Assembly (NCBI RefSeq): GCF_009914755.1
Contig: NC_060948.1
Strand: one strand, 5' to 3'
Source of the DNA: the human T2T-CHM13v2.0 reference genome, Homo sapiens
DNA: 64,000 nt
A program made the position numbers and the translations under genes. Of the stretch, positions 27,914 to 42,133 are shown one piece after another. The number at the start of each line of letters is the position of its first letter. Position 1 is the first letter of the stretch. The notes beneath the pieces were generated by a model. It was not told the origin of the DNA. It saw nothing but the letters and a program-made list of their open reading frames with translations, and did no database searches.

Positions 27914-30900
27914 CCTGGAATAAAGTGGAATGCTACGGTCTCGAATGGAATAAAAATGTATGGAATGGAATGCAATGAAACGGAATCGAATGTCATAGAA
28001 TGTAATGGAATACAAAAAAATGGAATCCAAAATCATTGACTGGAAAGGCTGGGTGTCGAAAGGAATTGACTCCAATGGAATGGAATCGAATGGAATGGAA
28101 GTGAATAGAATCGAACTAAATCGAATGGAATGGAATTGATAGGAACGGAATGGAAAGGAATGCAATGATTTGGCATGCAATGGAATCGAATTGCATCGAA
28201 TGGAATGGAATGGAATGCAATGGAATGGAATGTATTAGAATGTAATGAACTTTAATGGAATGTACTCGAATGGATTCGACTGGAATGGAATGTTCTGGAA
28301 GTGAATGGACTCCAATGGAATGGATTCAAAAGGAATGGAATCGTACGGAATGGAATCTAATGGAATGGAATTAAATGGAAGTGAATCAAATTGAATAGCA
28401 CGGAATTGAATTGAATGGAATGGAATGCAATGGAATCTAATGAAACGGAAAGGAAAGGAATGGAATGGAATGGAATGGAATGGGCTGGAATGGAAAGGAA
28501 TCGAAACGAATGGAATGGAATCGAACTGAAGAGACTGGAATGGAATGCACTGGAATGGAAGGGAGTGTAATGGAAGGTTCTCGAAAAAAATGGAATCGAA
28601 TGGAATGGAATTGAATGGAACGGAATAGAGTCGAATGGAATTGAATGGAATGGAATGGACTAGAGTGAAATGGAATCGAACCACAAGGAATGGACAGGAA
28701 TAGAATGGTCTCGAATTGAATGGAATCGTATGGAATGGCATCAAACGGAATGGAATGGACAGCCACGGAATGGAATGCACTCGAATGCAATGGAGTCGAA
28801 ACTAATGGACTGGAATAGAATGGACTCGACTGGTACGGACTCCAATGGAATGGAATCGAATGGAAGGGAATCGAACGGAATGGACTCGAAGGGAAAAGAC
28901 TGCAATGGAAAGGTCTCGAATGGAATGGAAATTAATGGAATGGAATGGAATCGAATGAAATGGAGTCAAAAGGAATGGAATCGAATGGCAAGAAATCGAA
29001 TGTAATGGAATCGCAAGGAATTGAGAACGGAACGGAATGGAATGGAATCCAAAGGAATGGAATAGAATGGAATGGAATCGAATGGAAAGGACTCGAATGG
29101 AAATCACTCGAATAGAATGCAATTTAATAAAATAGGATCAAATGTAATGGAATGGAATGGAAAGGAATCGAAACGAAAGGAATGGAGACAGATGGAATGG
29201 AATGGAACAGAGAACAATGGTATAGAATGGAATGGAATCATCTGGAATGAAATTGAATGGAATGGAATAATATGAAATGGAATGGAATGGAATGGAATGG
29301 AATGCCCTTGAATTAAATGGACTGGAATGGAATGGACTCGAACAGAGTGGAATGGAAAGTGTTGAGATAGAATGGAATGGACTCCTTTGGAATGGTGTAG
29401 TATGCAATGCAATCGACAGGCAGGGAATCAAAAGGAATGTAATCGAATGGATTGGACTGGAATGCAATGGACTCGAATAGATTGCAAACGGAATGCAAAG
29501 GAATGGAATGGAATAGTATGGAATGGAATGGAAAGGAATGGAGTGGAATAGACTAGAGTGGAATGGAATGGACTGGAAAGCAATGGACTGGAATGGAACT
29601 TTCTTGAATGGACTGGAATCAAACGGAATGGAATGCAATGCAATCAAATGGCATGGAATAAAATAGAATGAAAGAGAATCAAATGGAATTGAATCGAATG
29701 GAATCGAATGGATTGGAAAGGAATCGAATGGAATGGAATGGAATGGACTAGAATGGAATGGATTCGAATGGAAGGCAAAGGAATGGAATCTATTGGAATG
29801 GACTGTAATGGAATGGAATGGAAGGGATTGGAATGGACTGGAATGGAATGGACTGCAATAGAAAGGATTCGAATGGAATGAAAAAGAATTGAATGGAATA
29901 GAACAGAATGGAATGAAATCGAATGAAATGGAATGGAATAGAAAGGAATGGAATGAAATGGAATGGAAAGGATTCGAATGGAATGCAATCGAATGGAATG
30001 GAATCGAACGGAATGGAATAAAATGGAAGAAAACTGGCAAGAAATGGAATCGAAATGAATGGAGTGTTATGGAACGGACTCAAAAGGAATTGAATGTAAT
30101 AGAATGGAGTGGAGTGGACTCGAATATAATGGACTGGAAGAATGGAATGAAATCACATGGAATGGGAACGAATGGAATGGAATGGAAAGGAATGGAATCG
30201 AATGGAAAGGAATCGAATGGAAGGGAATGAAATTGAATCAACAGGAATGGAAGGGAATAGAATAGACGGTAATGGAATGGACTCGAATAGAATGGACACG
30301 AATGCTCAAATTGAATGGACTCGAATGGAATGGAAACGAAAGGAATGTCATCGAATGGAATTGAATCGATTGGAATGAAATCGCATAGAATGGAGTGGAA
30401 TCAAATGGAATTGAATCGAAAGGAAAGGAAGCGAATGGACTGAAATGAAATGGAATGGAATTGAATGGAAAGTAATGCAATGGAATAGAATGGAACGAAA
30501 TTTCACGGAATGGAATCAAACTGAATGGAATCAAATCAATGGAATCAAATCAAATGGAATGGAAAGGAATTGAATGGAGTAGATTGGATTGGATGGGATT
30601 GGAATGAAATGTACTGGAAAGGACTCGAATTTCATGAAACGGAATGGAATGAATTGGAACGGAATGGACTCGAATGGAATGGAATGTCATGGAATGGCAT
30701 CAAATGGAATGGCATCAAATGGAATGGAATCGAATGCAATGGAATGCTATGGAATGGAATGGAATGCATTGGAATGGAAGGTCCTCTAATGGAATGGATT
30801 CGAGTGGAATGGAATCGAATATAATGGAGTCGAATGAAATGGAATTGAAAGGAATGGGATCGAATACAATGGAATATACTGGAATGTAATGTAATGAACT

Positions 30901-31472
30901 CGAATGTAATTGACTGGAATGGAATGTACATGAAAGGAATGTAATCGAATGGAAAGTAATCCAATGGAATAGAATCTAATGCAATAAAATCGACTCAGAT
31001 AGAGTAGAATGTAATGGAATGGAGTGCAGTGCAATGGAATGGAATGGAATGGAATGCAATGGAATGGAATGGAATGGAATGGAATGGAATGGGATGGAAT
31101 GGAATGGGATGGAATGGTATGGAATGTATAGTAATGGACTGGAGTGAAATGGACTGGAAAGGAATGGACTCAAATTGAAAGGGCTCGAAAGGAATGGAGT
31201 CAAATGGAATGGTCTGGAATGGAATGAACACGAATGTAATGCAATCCAATAGAATGGAGTCGAATGGCATGGAATATAAAGAAATGGAATCGAAGAGAAT
31301 GGAAACAAATGGAATGGAATTGAATGGAATGGAATTGAATGGAATGGGAACGAATGGAGTGAAATTGTATGCAGTAGAAGGGAATAGAATGGAATGCAAG
31401 CGAAAGGAAAGGAATGGATTGGAATGGAATGGAATTCATTGGAATGGAAGGGAATGTAGTGTAATGGACAGG
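27914..31472 (-). repeat. DYZ1 unit, 3559 bp
   Basis: HaeIII-to-HaeIII interval; GAA insertion at ~30140 and a private 3-bp deletion at ~29024. Confidence 0.9.
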
Positions 31473-34400
31473 CCTGGAATAAAGTGGAATGCTACGGTCT
31501 CGAATGGAATAAAAATGTATGGAATGGAATGCAATGAAACGGAATCGAATGTCATAGAATGTAATGGAATGCAAAAAAATGGAATCCAAAATCATTGACT
31601 GGAAAGGCTGGGTGTCGAAAGGAATTGACTCCAATGGAATGGAATCGAATGGAATGGAAGTGAATAGAATCGAACTAAATCGAATGGAATGGAATTGATA
31701 GGAATGGAATGGAAAGGAATGCAATGATTTGGCATGGAATGGAATCGAATGGCATCGAATGGAATGGAATGGAATGCAATGGAATGGAATGTATTAGAAT
31801 GTAATGAACATTAATGGAATGTACTCGAATGGATTCGACTGGAATGGAATGTTCTGGAAGTGAATGGACTCCAATGGAATGGATTCGAAAGGAATGGAAT
31901 CGAACGGAATGGAATCTAATGGAATGGAATTAAATGGAAATGAATCAAATTGAATAGCACGGAATTGAATTGAATGGAATCGAATGCAATGGAATCTAAT
32001 GAAACGGAAAGGAAAGGAATGGAATGGAATGGAATGGGCTGGAATGGAAAGGAATCGAAACGAATGGAATGGAATCGAACTGAAGAGACTGGAATGGAAT
32101 GCACTGGAATGGAAGAGAGTGTAATGGAAGGTTCTCGAAAAAAATGGAATCGAATGGAATGGAATTGAATGGAACGGAATAGAGTCGAATGGAATTGAAT
32201 GGAATGGAATGGACTAGAGTGAAATGGAATCGAACCACAAGGAATGGACAGGAATAGAATGGTCTCGAATTGAATGGAATCGTATGGAATGGCATCAAAC
32301 GGAATGGAATGGACAGCCACGGAATGGAATGCACTCGAATGCAATGGAGTGGAAACTAATGGACTGGAATAGAATGGACTCGACTGGTACGGACTCCAAT
32401 GGAATGGAATCGAATGGAAGGGAATCGAACGGAATGGACTCGAAGGGAAAAGACTGCAATGGAAAGGTCTCGAATGGAATGGAAATTAATGGAATGGAAT
32501 GGAATCGAATGAAATGGAGTCAAAAGGAATGGAATCGAATGGCAAGAAATCGAATGTAATGGAATCGCAAGGAATTGATGTGAACGGAACGGAATGGAAT
32601 GGAATCCAAAGGAATGGAATAGAATGGAATGGAATCGAATGGAAAGGACTCGAATGGAAATCACTCGAATAGAATGCAATTTAATAAAATAGGATCAAAT
32701 GTAATGGAATGGAATGGAAAGGAATCGAAACGAAAGGAATGGAGACAGATGGAATGGAATGGAAGAGAGAACAATGGTATAGAATGGAATGGAATCATCT
32801 GGAATGAAATTGAATGGAATGGAATAATATGAAATGGAATGGAATGGAATGGAATGGAATGCCCTTGAATTAAATGGACTGGAATGGAATGGACTCGAAC
32901 AGAGTGGAATGGAAAGTGTTGAGATAGAATGGAATGGACTCCTTTGGAATGGTGTAGTATGCAATGCAATCGACAGGCAGGGAATCAAAAGGAATGTAAT
33001 CGAATGGATTGGACTGGAATGCAATGGACTCGAATAGATTGCAAACGGAATGCAAAGGAATGGAATGGAATAGTATGGAATGGAATGGAAAGGAATGGAG
33101 TGGAATAGACTAGAGTGGAATGGAATGGACTGGAAAGCAATGGACTGGAATGGAAGTTTCTTGAATGGACTGGAATCAAACGGAATGGAATGCAATGCAA
33201 TCAAATGGCATGGAATAAAATAGAATGAAAGAGAATCAAATGGAATTGAATCGAATGGAATCGAATGGATTGGAAAGGAATAGAATGGAATGGAATGGAA
33301 TGGACTCAAATGGAATGGACTAGAATGGAAGGCAAAGGAATGGAATCTATTGGAATGGACTGTAATGGAATGGAATGGAAGGGATTGGAATGGACTGGAA
33401 TGGAATGGACTGCAATAGAAAGGATTCGAATGGAATGAAAAAGAATTGAATGGAATAGAACAGAATGGAATGAAATCGAATGAAATGGAATGGAATAGAA
33501 AGGAATGGAATGAAATGGAATGGAAAGGATTCGAATGGAATGCAATCGAATGGAATGGAATCGAACGGAATGGAATAAAATGGAAGAAAACTGGCAAGAA
33601 ATGGAATCGAAATGAATGGAGTGTTATGGAACGGACTCAAAAGGAATTGAATGTAATAGAATGGAGTGGAGTGGACTCGAATATAATGGACTGGAAGAAT
33701 GGAATGAAATCACATGGAATGGGAACGAATGGAATGGAATGGAAAGGAATGGAATCGAATGGAAAGGAATCGAATGGAAGGGAATGAAATTGAATCAACA
33801 GGAATGGAAGGGAATAGAATAGACGGTAATGGAATGGACTCGAATAGAATGGACACGAATGCTCAAATTGAATGGACTCGAATGGAATGGAAACGAAAGG
33901 AATGTCATCGAATGGAATTGAATCGATTGGAATGAAATCGCATAGAATGGAGTGGAATCAAATGGAATTGAATCGAAAGGAAAGGAAGCGAATGGACTGA
34001 AATGAAATGGAATGGAATTGAATGGAAAGTAATGCAATGGAATAGAATGGAACGAAATTTCACGGAATGGAATCAAACTGAATGGAATCAAATCAATGGA
34101 ATCTAATCAAATGGAATGGAAAGGAATTGAATGGAGTAGATTGGATTGGATGGGATTGGAATGAAATGTACTGGAAAGGACTCGAATTTCATGAAACGGA
34201 ATGCAATGAATTGGAACGTAATGGACTCGAATGGAATGGAATGTCATGGAATGGCATCAAATGGAATGGCATCAAATGGAATGGAATCGAATGCAATGGA
34301 ATGCTATGGAATGGAATGGAATGCATTGGAATGGAAGGTCCTCTAATGGAATGGATTCGAGTGGAATGGAATCGAATATAATGGAGTCGAATGAAATGGA

Positions 34401-35019
34401 ATTGAAAGGAATGGGATCGAATACAATGGAATATACTGGAATGTAATGTAATGAACTCGAATGTAATTGACTGGAATGGAATGTACATGAAAGGAATGTA
34501 ATCGAATGGAAAGTAATCCAATGGAATAGAATCTAATGCAATAAAATCGACTCAGATAGAGTAGAATGTAATGGAATGGAGTGCAGTGCAATGGAATGGA
34601 ATGGAATGGAATGCAATGGAATGGAATGGAATGGAATGGGATGGAATGGAATGGGATGGAATGGTATGGAATGTATAGTAATGGACTGGAGTGAAATGGA
34701 CTGGAAAGGAATGGACTCAAATTGAAAGGGCTCGAAAGGAATGGAGTCAAATGGAATGGTCTGGAATGGAATGAACACGAATGTAATGCAATCCAATAGA
34801 ATGGAGTCGAATGGCATGGAATATAAAGAAATGGAATCGAAGAGAATGGAAACAAATGGAATGGAATTGAATGGAATGGAATTGAATGGAATGGGAACGA
34901 ATGGAGTGAAATTGTATGCAGTAGAAGGGAATAGAATGGAATGCAAGCGAAAGGAAAGGAATGGATTGGAATGGAATGGAATTCATTGGAATGGAAGGGA
35001 ATGTAGTGTAATGGACAGG
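31473..35019 (-). repeat. DYZ1 unit, 3547 bp
   Basis: HaeIII-to-HaeIII interval; GAA insertion at ~33697. Confidence 0.9.
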
Positions 35020-38000
35020 CCTGGAATAAAGTGGAATGCTACGGTCTCGAATGGAATAAAAATGTATGGAATGGAATGCAATGAAACGGAATCGAATGTC
35101 ATAGAATGTAATGGAATGCAAAAAAATGGAATCCAAAATCATTGACTGGAAAGGCTGGGTGTCGAAAGGAATTGACTCCAATGGAATGGAATCGAATGGA
35201 ATGGAAGTGAATAGAATCGAACTAAATCGAATGGAATGGAATTGATAGGAATAGAATGGAAAGGAATGCAATGATTTGGCATGGAATGGAATCGAATGGC
35301 ATCGAATGGAATGGAATGGAATGCAATGGAATGGAATGTATTAGAATGTAATGAACATTAATGGAATGTACTCGAATGGATTCGACTGGAATGGAATGTT
35401 CTGGAAGTGAATGGACTCCAATGGAATGGATTCGAAAGGAATGGAATCGAACGGAATGGAATCTAATGGAATGGAATTAAATGGAAATGAATCAAATTGA
35501 ATAGCACGGAATTGAATTGAATGGAATCGAATGCAATGGAATCTAATGAAACGGAAAGGAAAGGAATGGAATGGAATGGAATGGGCTGGAATGGAAAGGA
35601 ATCGAAACGAATGGAATGGAATCGAACTGAAGAGACTGGAATGGAATGCACTGGAATGGAAGAGAGTGTAATGGAAGGTTCTCGAAAAAAATGGAATCGA
35701 ATGGAATGGAATTGAATGGAACGGAATAGAGTCGAATGGAATTGAATGGAATGGAATGGACTAGAGTGAAATGGAATCGAACCACAAGGAATGGACAGGA
35801 ATAGAATGGTCTCGAATTGAATGGAATCGTATGGAATGGCATCAAACGGAATGGAATGGACAGCCACGGAATGGAATGCACTCGAATGCAATGGAGTGGA
35901 AACTAATGGACTGGAATAGAATGGACTCGACTGGTACGGACTCCAATGGAATGGAATCGAATGGAAGGGAATCGAACGGAATGGACTCGAAGGGAAAAGA
36001 CTGCAATGGAAAGGTCTCGAATGGAATGGAAATTAATGGAATGGAATGGAATCGAATGAAATGGAGTCAAAAGGAATGGAATCGAATGGCAAGAAATCGA
36101 ATGTAATGGAATCGCAAGGAATTGATGTGAACGGAACGGAATGGAATGGAATCCAAAGGAATGGAATAGAATGGAATGGAATCGAATGGAAAGGACTCGA
36201 ATGGAAATCACTCGAATAGAATGCAATTTAATAAAATAGGATCAAATGTAATGGAATGGAATGGAAAGGAATCGAAACGAAAGGAATGGAGACAGATGGA
36301 ATGGAATGGAACAGAGAACAATGGTATAGAATGGAATGGAATCATCTGGAATGAAATTGAATGGAATGGAATAATATGAAATGGAATGGAATGGAATGGA
36401 ATGGAATGCCCTTGAATTAAATGGACTGGAATGGAATGGACTCGAACAGAGTGGAATGGAAAGTGTTGAGATAGAATGGAATGGACTCCTTTGGAATGGT
36501 GTAGTATGCAATGCAATCGACAGGCAGGGAATCAAAAGGAATGTAATCGAATGGATTGGACTGGAATGCAATGGACTCGAATAGATTGCAAACGGAATGC
36601 AAAGGAATGGAATGGAATAGTATGGAATGGAATGGAAAGGAATGGAGTGGAATAGACTAGAGTGGAATGGAATGGACTGGAAAGCAATGGACTGGAATGG
36701 AACTTTCTTGAATGGACTGGAATCAAACGGAATGGAATGCAATGCAATCAAATGGCATGGAATAAAATAGAATGAAAGAGAATCAAATGGAATTGAATCG
36801 AATGGAATCGAATGGATTGGAAAGGAATAGAATGGAATGGAATGGAATGGACTCAAATGGAATGGACTAGAATGGAAGGCAAAGGAATGGAATCTATTGG
36901 AATGGACTGTAATGGAATGGAATGGAAGGGATTGGAATGGACTGGAATGGAATGGACTGCAATAGAAAGGATTCGAATGGAATGAAAAAGAATTGAATGG
37001 AATAGAACAGAATGGAATGAAATCGAATGAAATGGAATGGAATAGAAAGGAATGGAATGAAATGGAATGGAAAGGATTCGAATGGAATGCAATCGAATGG
37101 AATGGAATCGAACGGAATGGAATAAAATGGAAGAAAACTGGCAAGAAATGGAATCAAAATGAATGGAGTGTTATGGAACGGACTCAAAAGGAATTGAATG
37201 TAATAGAATGGAGTGGAGTGGACTCGAATATAATGGACTGGAAGAATGGAATGAAATCACATGGAATGGGAACGAATGGAATGGAATGGAAAGGAATGGA
37301 ATCGAATGGAAAGGAATCGAATGGAAGGGAATGAAATTGAATCAACAGGAATGGAAGGGAATAGAATAGACGGTAATGGAATGGACTCGAATAGAATGGA
37401 CACGAATGCTCAAATTGAATGGACTCGAATGGAATGGAAACGAAAGGAATGTCATCGAATGGAATTGAATCGATTGGAATGAAATCGCATAGAATGGAGT
37501 GGAATCAAATGGAATTGAATCGAAAGGAAAGGAAGCGAATGGACTGAAATGAAATGGAATGGAATTGAATGGAAAGTAATGCAATGGAATAGAATGGAAC
37601 GAAATTTCACGGAATGGAATCAAACTGAATGGAATCAAATCAATGGAATCTAATCAAATGGAATGGAAAGGAATTGAATGGAGTAGATTGGATTGGATGG
37701 GATTGGAATGAAATGTACTGGAAAGGACTCGAATTTCATGAAACGGAATGCAATGAATTGGAACGTAATGGACTCGAATGGAATGGAATGTCATGGAATG
37801 GCATCAAATGGAATGGCATCAAATGGAATGGAATCGAATGCAATGGAATGCTATGGAATGGAATGGAATGCATTGGAATGGAAGGTCCTCTAATGGAATG
37901 GATTCGAGTGGAATGGAATCGAATATAATGGAGTCGAATGAAATGGAATTGAAAGGAATGGGATCGAATACAATGGAATATACTGGAATGTAATGTAATG

Positions 38001-38566
38001 AACTCGAATGTAATTGACTGGAATGGAATGTACATGAAAGGAATGTAATCGAATGGAAAGTAATCCAATGGAATAGAATCTAATGCAATAAAATCGACTC
38101 AGATAGAGTAGAATGTAATGGAATGGAGTGCAGTGCAATGGAATGGAATGGAATGGAATGCAATGGAATGGAATGGAATGGAATGGGATGGAATGGAATG
38201 GGATGGAATGGTATGGAATGTATAGTAATGGACTGGAGTGAAATGGACTGGAAAGGAATGGACTCAAATTGAAAGGGCTCGAAAGGAATGGAGTCAAATG
38301 GAATGGTCTGGAATGGAATGAACACGAATGTAATGCAATCCAATAGAATGGAGTCGAATGGCATGGAATATAAAGAAATGGAATCGAAGAGAATGGAAAC
38401 AAATGGAATGGAATTGAATGGAATGGAATTGAATGGAATGGGAACGAATGGAGTGAAATTGTATGCAGTAGAAGGGAATAGAATGGAATGCAAGCGAAAG
38501 GAAAGGAATGGATTGGAATGGAATGGAATTCATTGGAATGGAAGGGAATGTAGTGTAATGGACAGG
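35020..38566 (-). repeat. DYZ1 unit, 3547 bp
   Basis: HaeIII-to-HaeIII interval; GAA insertion at ~37244. Confidence 0.9.
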
Positions 38567-41500
38567 CCTGGAATAAAGTGGAATGCTACGGTCTCGAATG
38601 GAATAAAAATGTATGGAATGGAATGCAATGAAACGGAATCGAATGTCATAGAATGTAATGGAATGCAAAAAAATGGAATCCAAAATCATTGACTGGAAAG
38701 GCTGGGTGTCGAAAGGAATTGACTCCAATGGAATGGAATCGAATGGAATGGAAGTGAATAGAATCGAACTAAATCGAATGGAATGGAATTGATAGGAATA
38801 GAATGGAAAGGAATGCAATGATTTGGCATGGAATGGAATCGAATGGCATCGAATGGAATGGAATGGAATGCAATGGAATGGAATGTATTAGAATGTAATG
38901 AACATTAATGGAATGTACTCGAATGGATTCGACTGGAATGGAATGTTCTGGAAGTGAATGGACTCCAATGGAATGGATTCGAAAGGAATGGAATCGAACG
39001 GAATGGAATCTAATGGAATGGAATTAAATGGAAATGAATCAAATTGAATAGCACGGAATTGAATTGAATGGAATCGAATGCAATGGAATCTAATGAAACG
39101 GAAAGGAAAGGAATGGAATGGAATGGAATGGGCTGGAATGGAAAGGAATCGAAACGAATGGAATGGAATCGAACTGAAGAGACTGGAATGGAATGCACTG
39201 GAATGGAAGAGAGTGTAATGGAAGGTTCTCGAAAAAAATGGAATCGAATGGAATGGAATTGAATGGAACGGAATAGAGTCGAATGGAATTGAATGGAATG
39301 GAATGGACTAGAGTGAAATGGAATCGAACCACAAGGAATGGACAGGAATAGAATGGTCTCGAATTGAATGGAATCGTATGGAATGGCATCAAACGGAATA
39401 GAATGGACAGCCACGGAATGGAATGCACTCGAATGCAATGGAGTCGAAACTTATGGATTGGAATAGAATGGACTCGACTGGTACGGACTCCAATGGAATG
39501 GAATCGAATGGAAGGGATTCGAATTGAATGGACTCGAAGGGAAAAGACTGCAATGGAAAGGTCTCGAATGGAATGGAAATTAATGGAATGGAATGGAATC
39601 GAATGAAATGGAGTCAAAAGGAATGGAATCGAATGGCAAGAAATCGAATGTAATGGAATCGCAAGGAATTGATGTGAACGGAACGGAATGGAATGGAATC
39701 CAAAGGAATGGAATAGAATGGAATGGAATCGAATGGAAAGGACTCGAATGGAAATCACTCGAATAGAATGAAATTTAATAAAATAGGATCAAATGTAATT
39801 GAATGGAATGGAAAGGAATCGAAACGAAAGGAATGGAGACAGATGGAATGGAATGGAACAGAGAGCAATGGTATAGAATGGAATGGAATCATCTGGAATG
39901 GAATTGAATGGAATGGAATAATATGAAAAGGAATGGAATGGAATGGAATGGAAAGCCCTTGAATTAAATGGACTGGAATGGAATGGACTCGAACAGAGTG
40001 GAATGGAAAGTGTTGAGATAGAATGGAATGGACTCTTTTGGAATGGTCTAGTATGCAATGCAATCGACTGGCAGGGAATCAAAAGGAATGTAATCGAATG
40101 GATTGGACTGGAATGCAATGGACTCGAATAGATTGGAAACGGAATGCAAAGGAATGGAATGGAATAGTATGGAATGGAATAGAAAGGAATGGAGTGGAAT
40201 AGACTAGAGTGGAATGGAATGGACTGGAAAGCAATGGACTGGAATGGAACTTTCTTGAATGGACTGGAATCAAACGGAATGGAATGCAATGCAATCAAAT
40301 GGCATGGAATAAAATAGAATGAAAGAGAATCAAATGGAATTGAATCGAATGGAATCGAATGGATTGGAAAGGAATAGAATGGAATGGAATGGAATTGACT
40401 CAAATGGAATGGACTAGAATGGAATGGATTCGAATGGAAGGCAAAGGAATGGAATCTATTGGAATGGACTGTAATGGAATGGAATGGAAGGGATTGGAAT
40501 GGACTCGAATGGAATGGACTGCAATAGAAAGGATTCGAATGGAATGAAAAAGAATTGAATGGAATAGAACAGAATGGAATGAAATCGAATGAAATGGAAT
40601 GGAATAGAAAGGAATGGAATGAAATGGAATGGAAAGGATTCGAATGGAATGCAATCGAATGGAATGGAATCGAACGGAATGGAATAAAATGGAAGAAAAC
40701 TGGCAAGAAATGGAATCGAAATGAATGGAGTGTTATGGAACGGACTCCAAAGGAATTGAATGTAATAGAATGGAGTGGAGTGGACTCGAATATAATGGAC
40801 TGGAAGAATGGAATGAAATCACATGGAATGGGAACGAATGGAATGGAATGGAAAGGAATGGAATCGAATGGAAAGGAATCGAATGGAAGGGAATGAAATT
40901 GAATCAACAGGAATGGAAGGGAATAGAATAGACGGTAATGGAATGGACTCGAATAGAATGGACACGAATGCTCAAATTGAATGGACTCGAATGGAATGGA
41001 AACGAAAGGAATGTCATCGAATGGAATTGAATCGATTGGAATGAAATCGCATAGAATGGAGTGGAATCAAATGGAATTGAATCGAAAGGAAAGGAAGCGA
41101 ATGGACTGAAATGAAATGGAATGGAATTGAATGGAAAGTAATGCAATGGAATAGAATGGAACGAAATTTCACGGAATGGAATCAAACTGAATGGAATCAA
41201 ATCAATGGAATCAAATCAAATGGAATGGAAAGGAATTGAATGGAGTAGATTGGATTGGATGGGATTGGAATGAAATGTACTGGAAAGGACTCGAATTTCA
41301 TGAAACGGAATGGAATGAATTGGAACGCAATGGACTCGAATGGAATGGAATGTCATGGAATGGCATCAAATGGAATGGCATCAAATGGAATGGAATCGAA
41401 TGCAATGGAATGCTATGGAATGGAATGGAATGCATTGGAATGGAAGGTCCTCTAATGGAATGGATTCGAGTGGAATGGAATCGAATATAATGGAGTCGAA

Positions 41501-42133
41501 TGAAATGGAATTGAAAGGAATGGGATCGAATACAATGGAATATACAGGAATGTAATGTAATGAACTCGAATGTAATTGACTGGAATGGAATGTACATGAA
41601 TGGAATGTAATCGAATGGAAAGTAATCCAATGGAATAGAATCTAATGCAATAAAATCGACTCAGATAGAGTAGAATGTAATGGAATGGAGTGCAGTGCAA
41701 TGGAATGGAATGGAATGGAATGCAATGGAATAGAATGGAATGGAATGGAATGGAATGGAATGGAATGGGATGGAATGGTATGGAATGGATAGTAATGGAC
41801 TGGAGTGAAATGGACTGGAAAGGAATGGTCTCAAATTGAAAGGGCTCGAAAGGAATGGAGTCAAATGGAATGGTCTGGAATGGAATGAACACGAATGGAA
41901 TGCAATCCAATAGAATGGAATCGAATGGCATGGAATATAAAGAAATGGAATCGAAGAGAATGGAAACAAATGGAATGGAATTGAATGGAATGGAATTGAA
42001 TGGAATGGGAACGAATGGAGTGAAATTGTATGCAGTAGAAGGGAATAGAATGGAATGCAAGCGAAAGGAAAGGAATGGATTGGAATGGAATGGAATTCAT
42101 TGGAATGGAAGGGAATGTAGTGTAATGGACAGG
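38567..42133 (-). repeat. DYZ1 unit, 3567 bp (mosaic)
   Basis: HaeIII-to-HaeIII interval; GAA insertion at ~40806; many private substitutions. Confidence 0.9.

Noticed and set aside
26581-29030. Frame-preserving 3-bp and 15-bp indels as evidence of coding constraint
   Set aside because: 1-, 5- and 10-bp indels also occur. 15 bp is simply three pentamers, and GAA is a local duplication.
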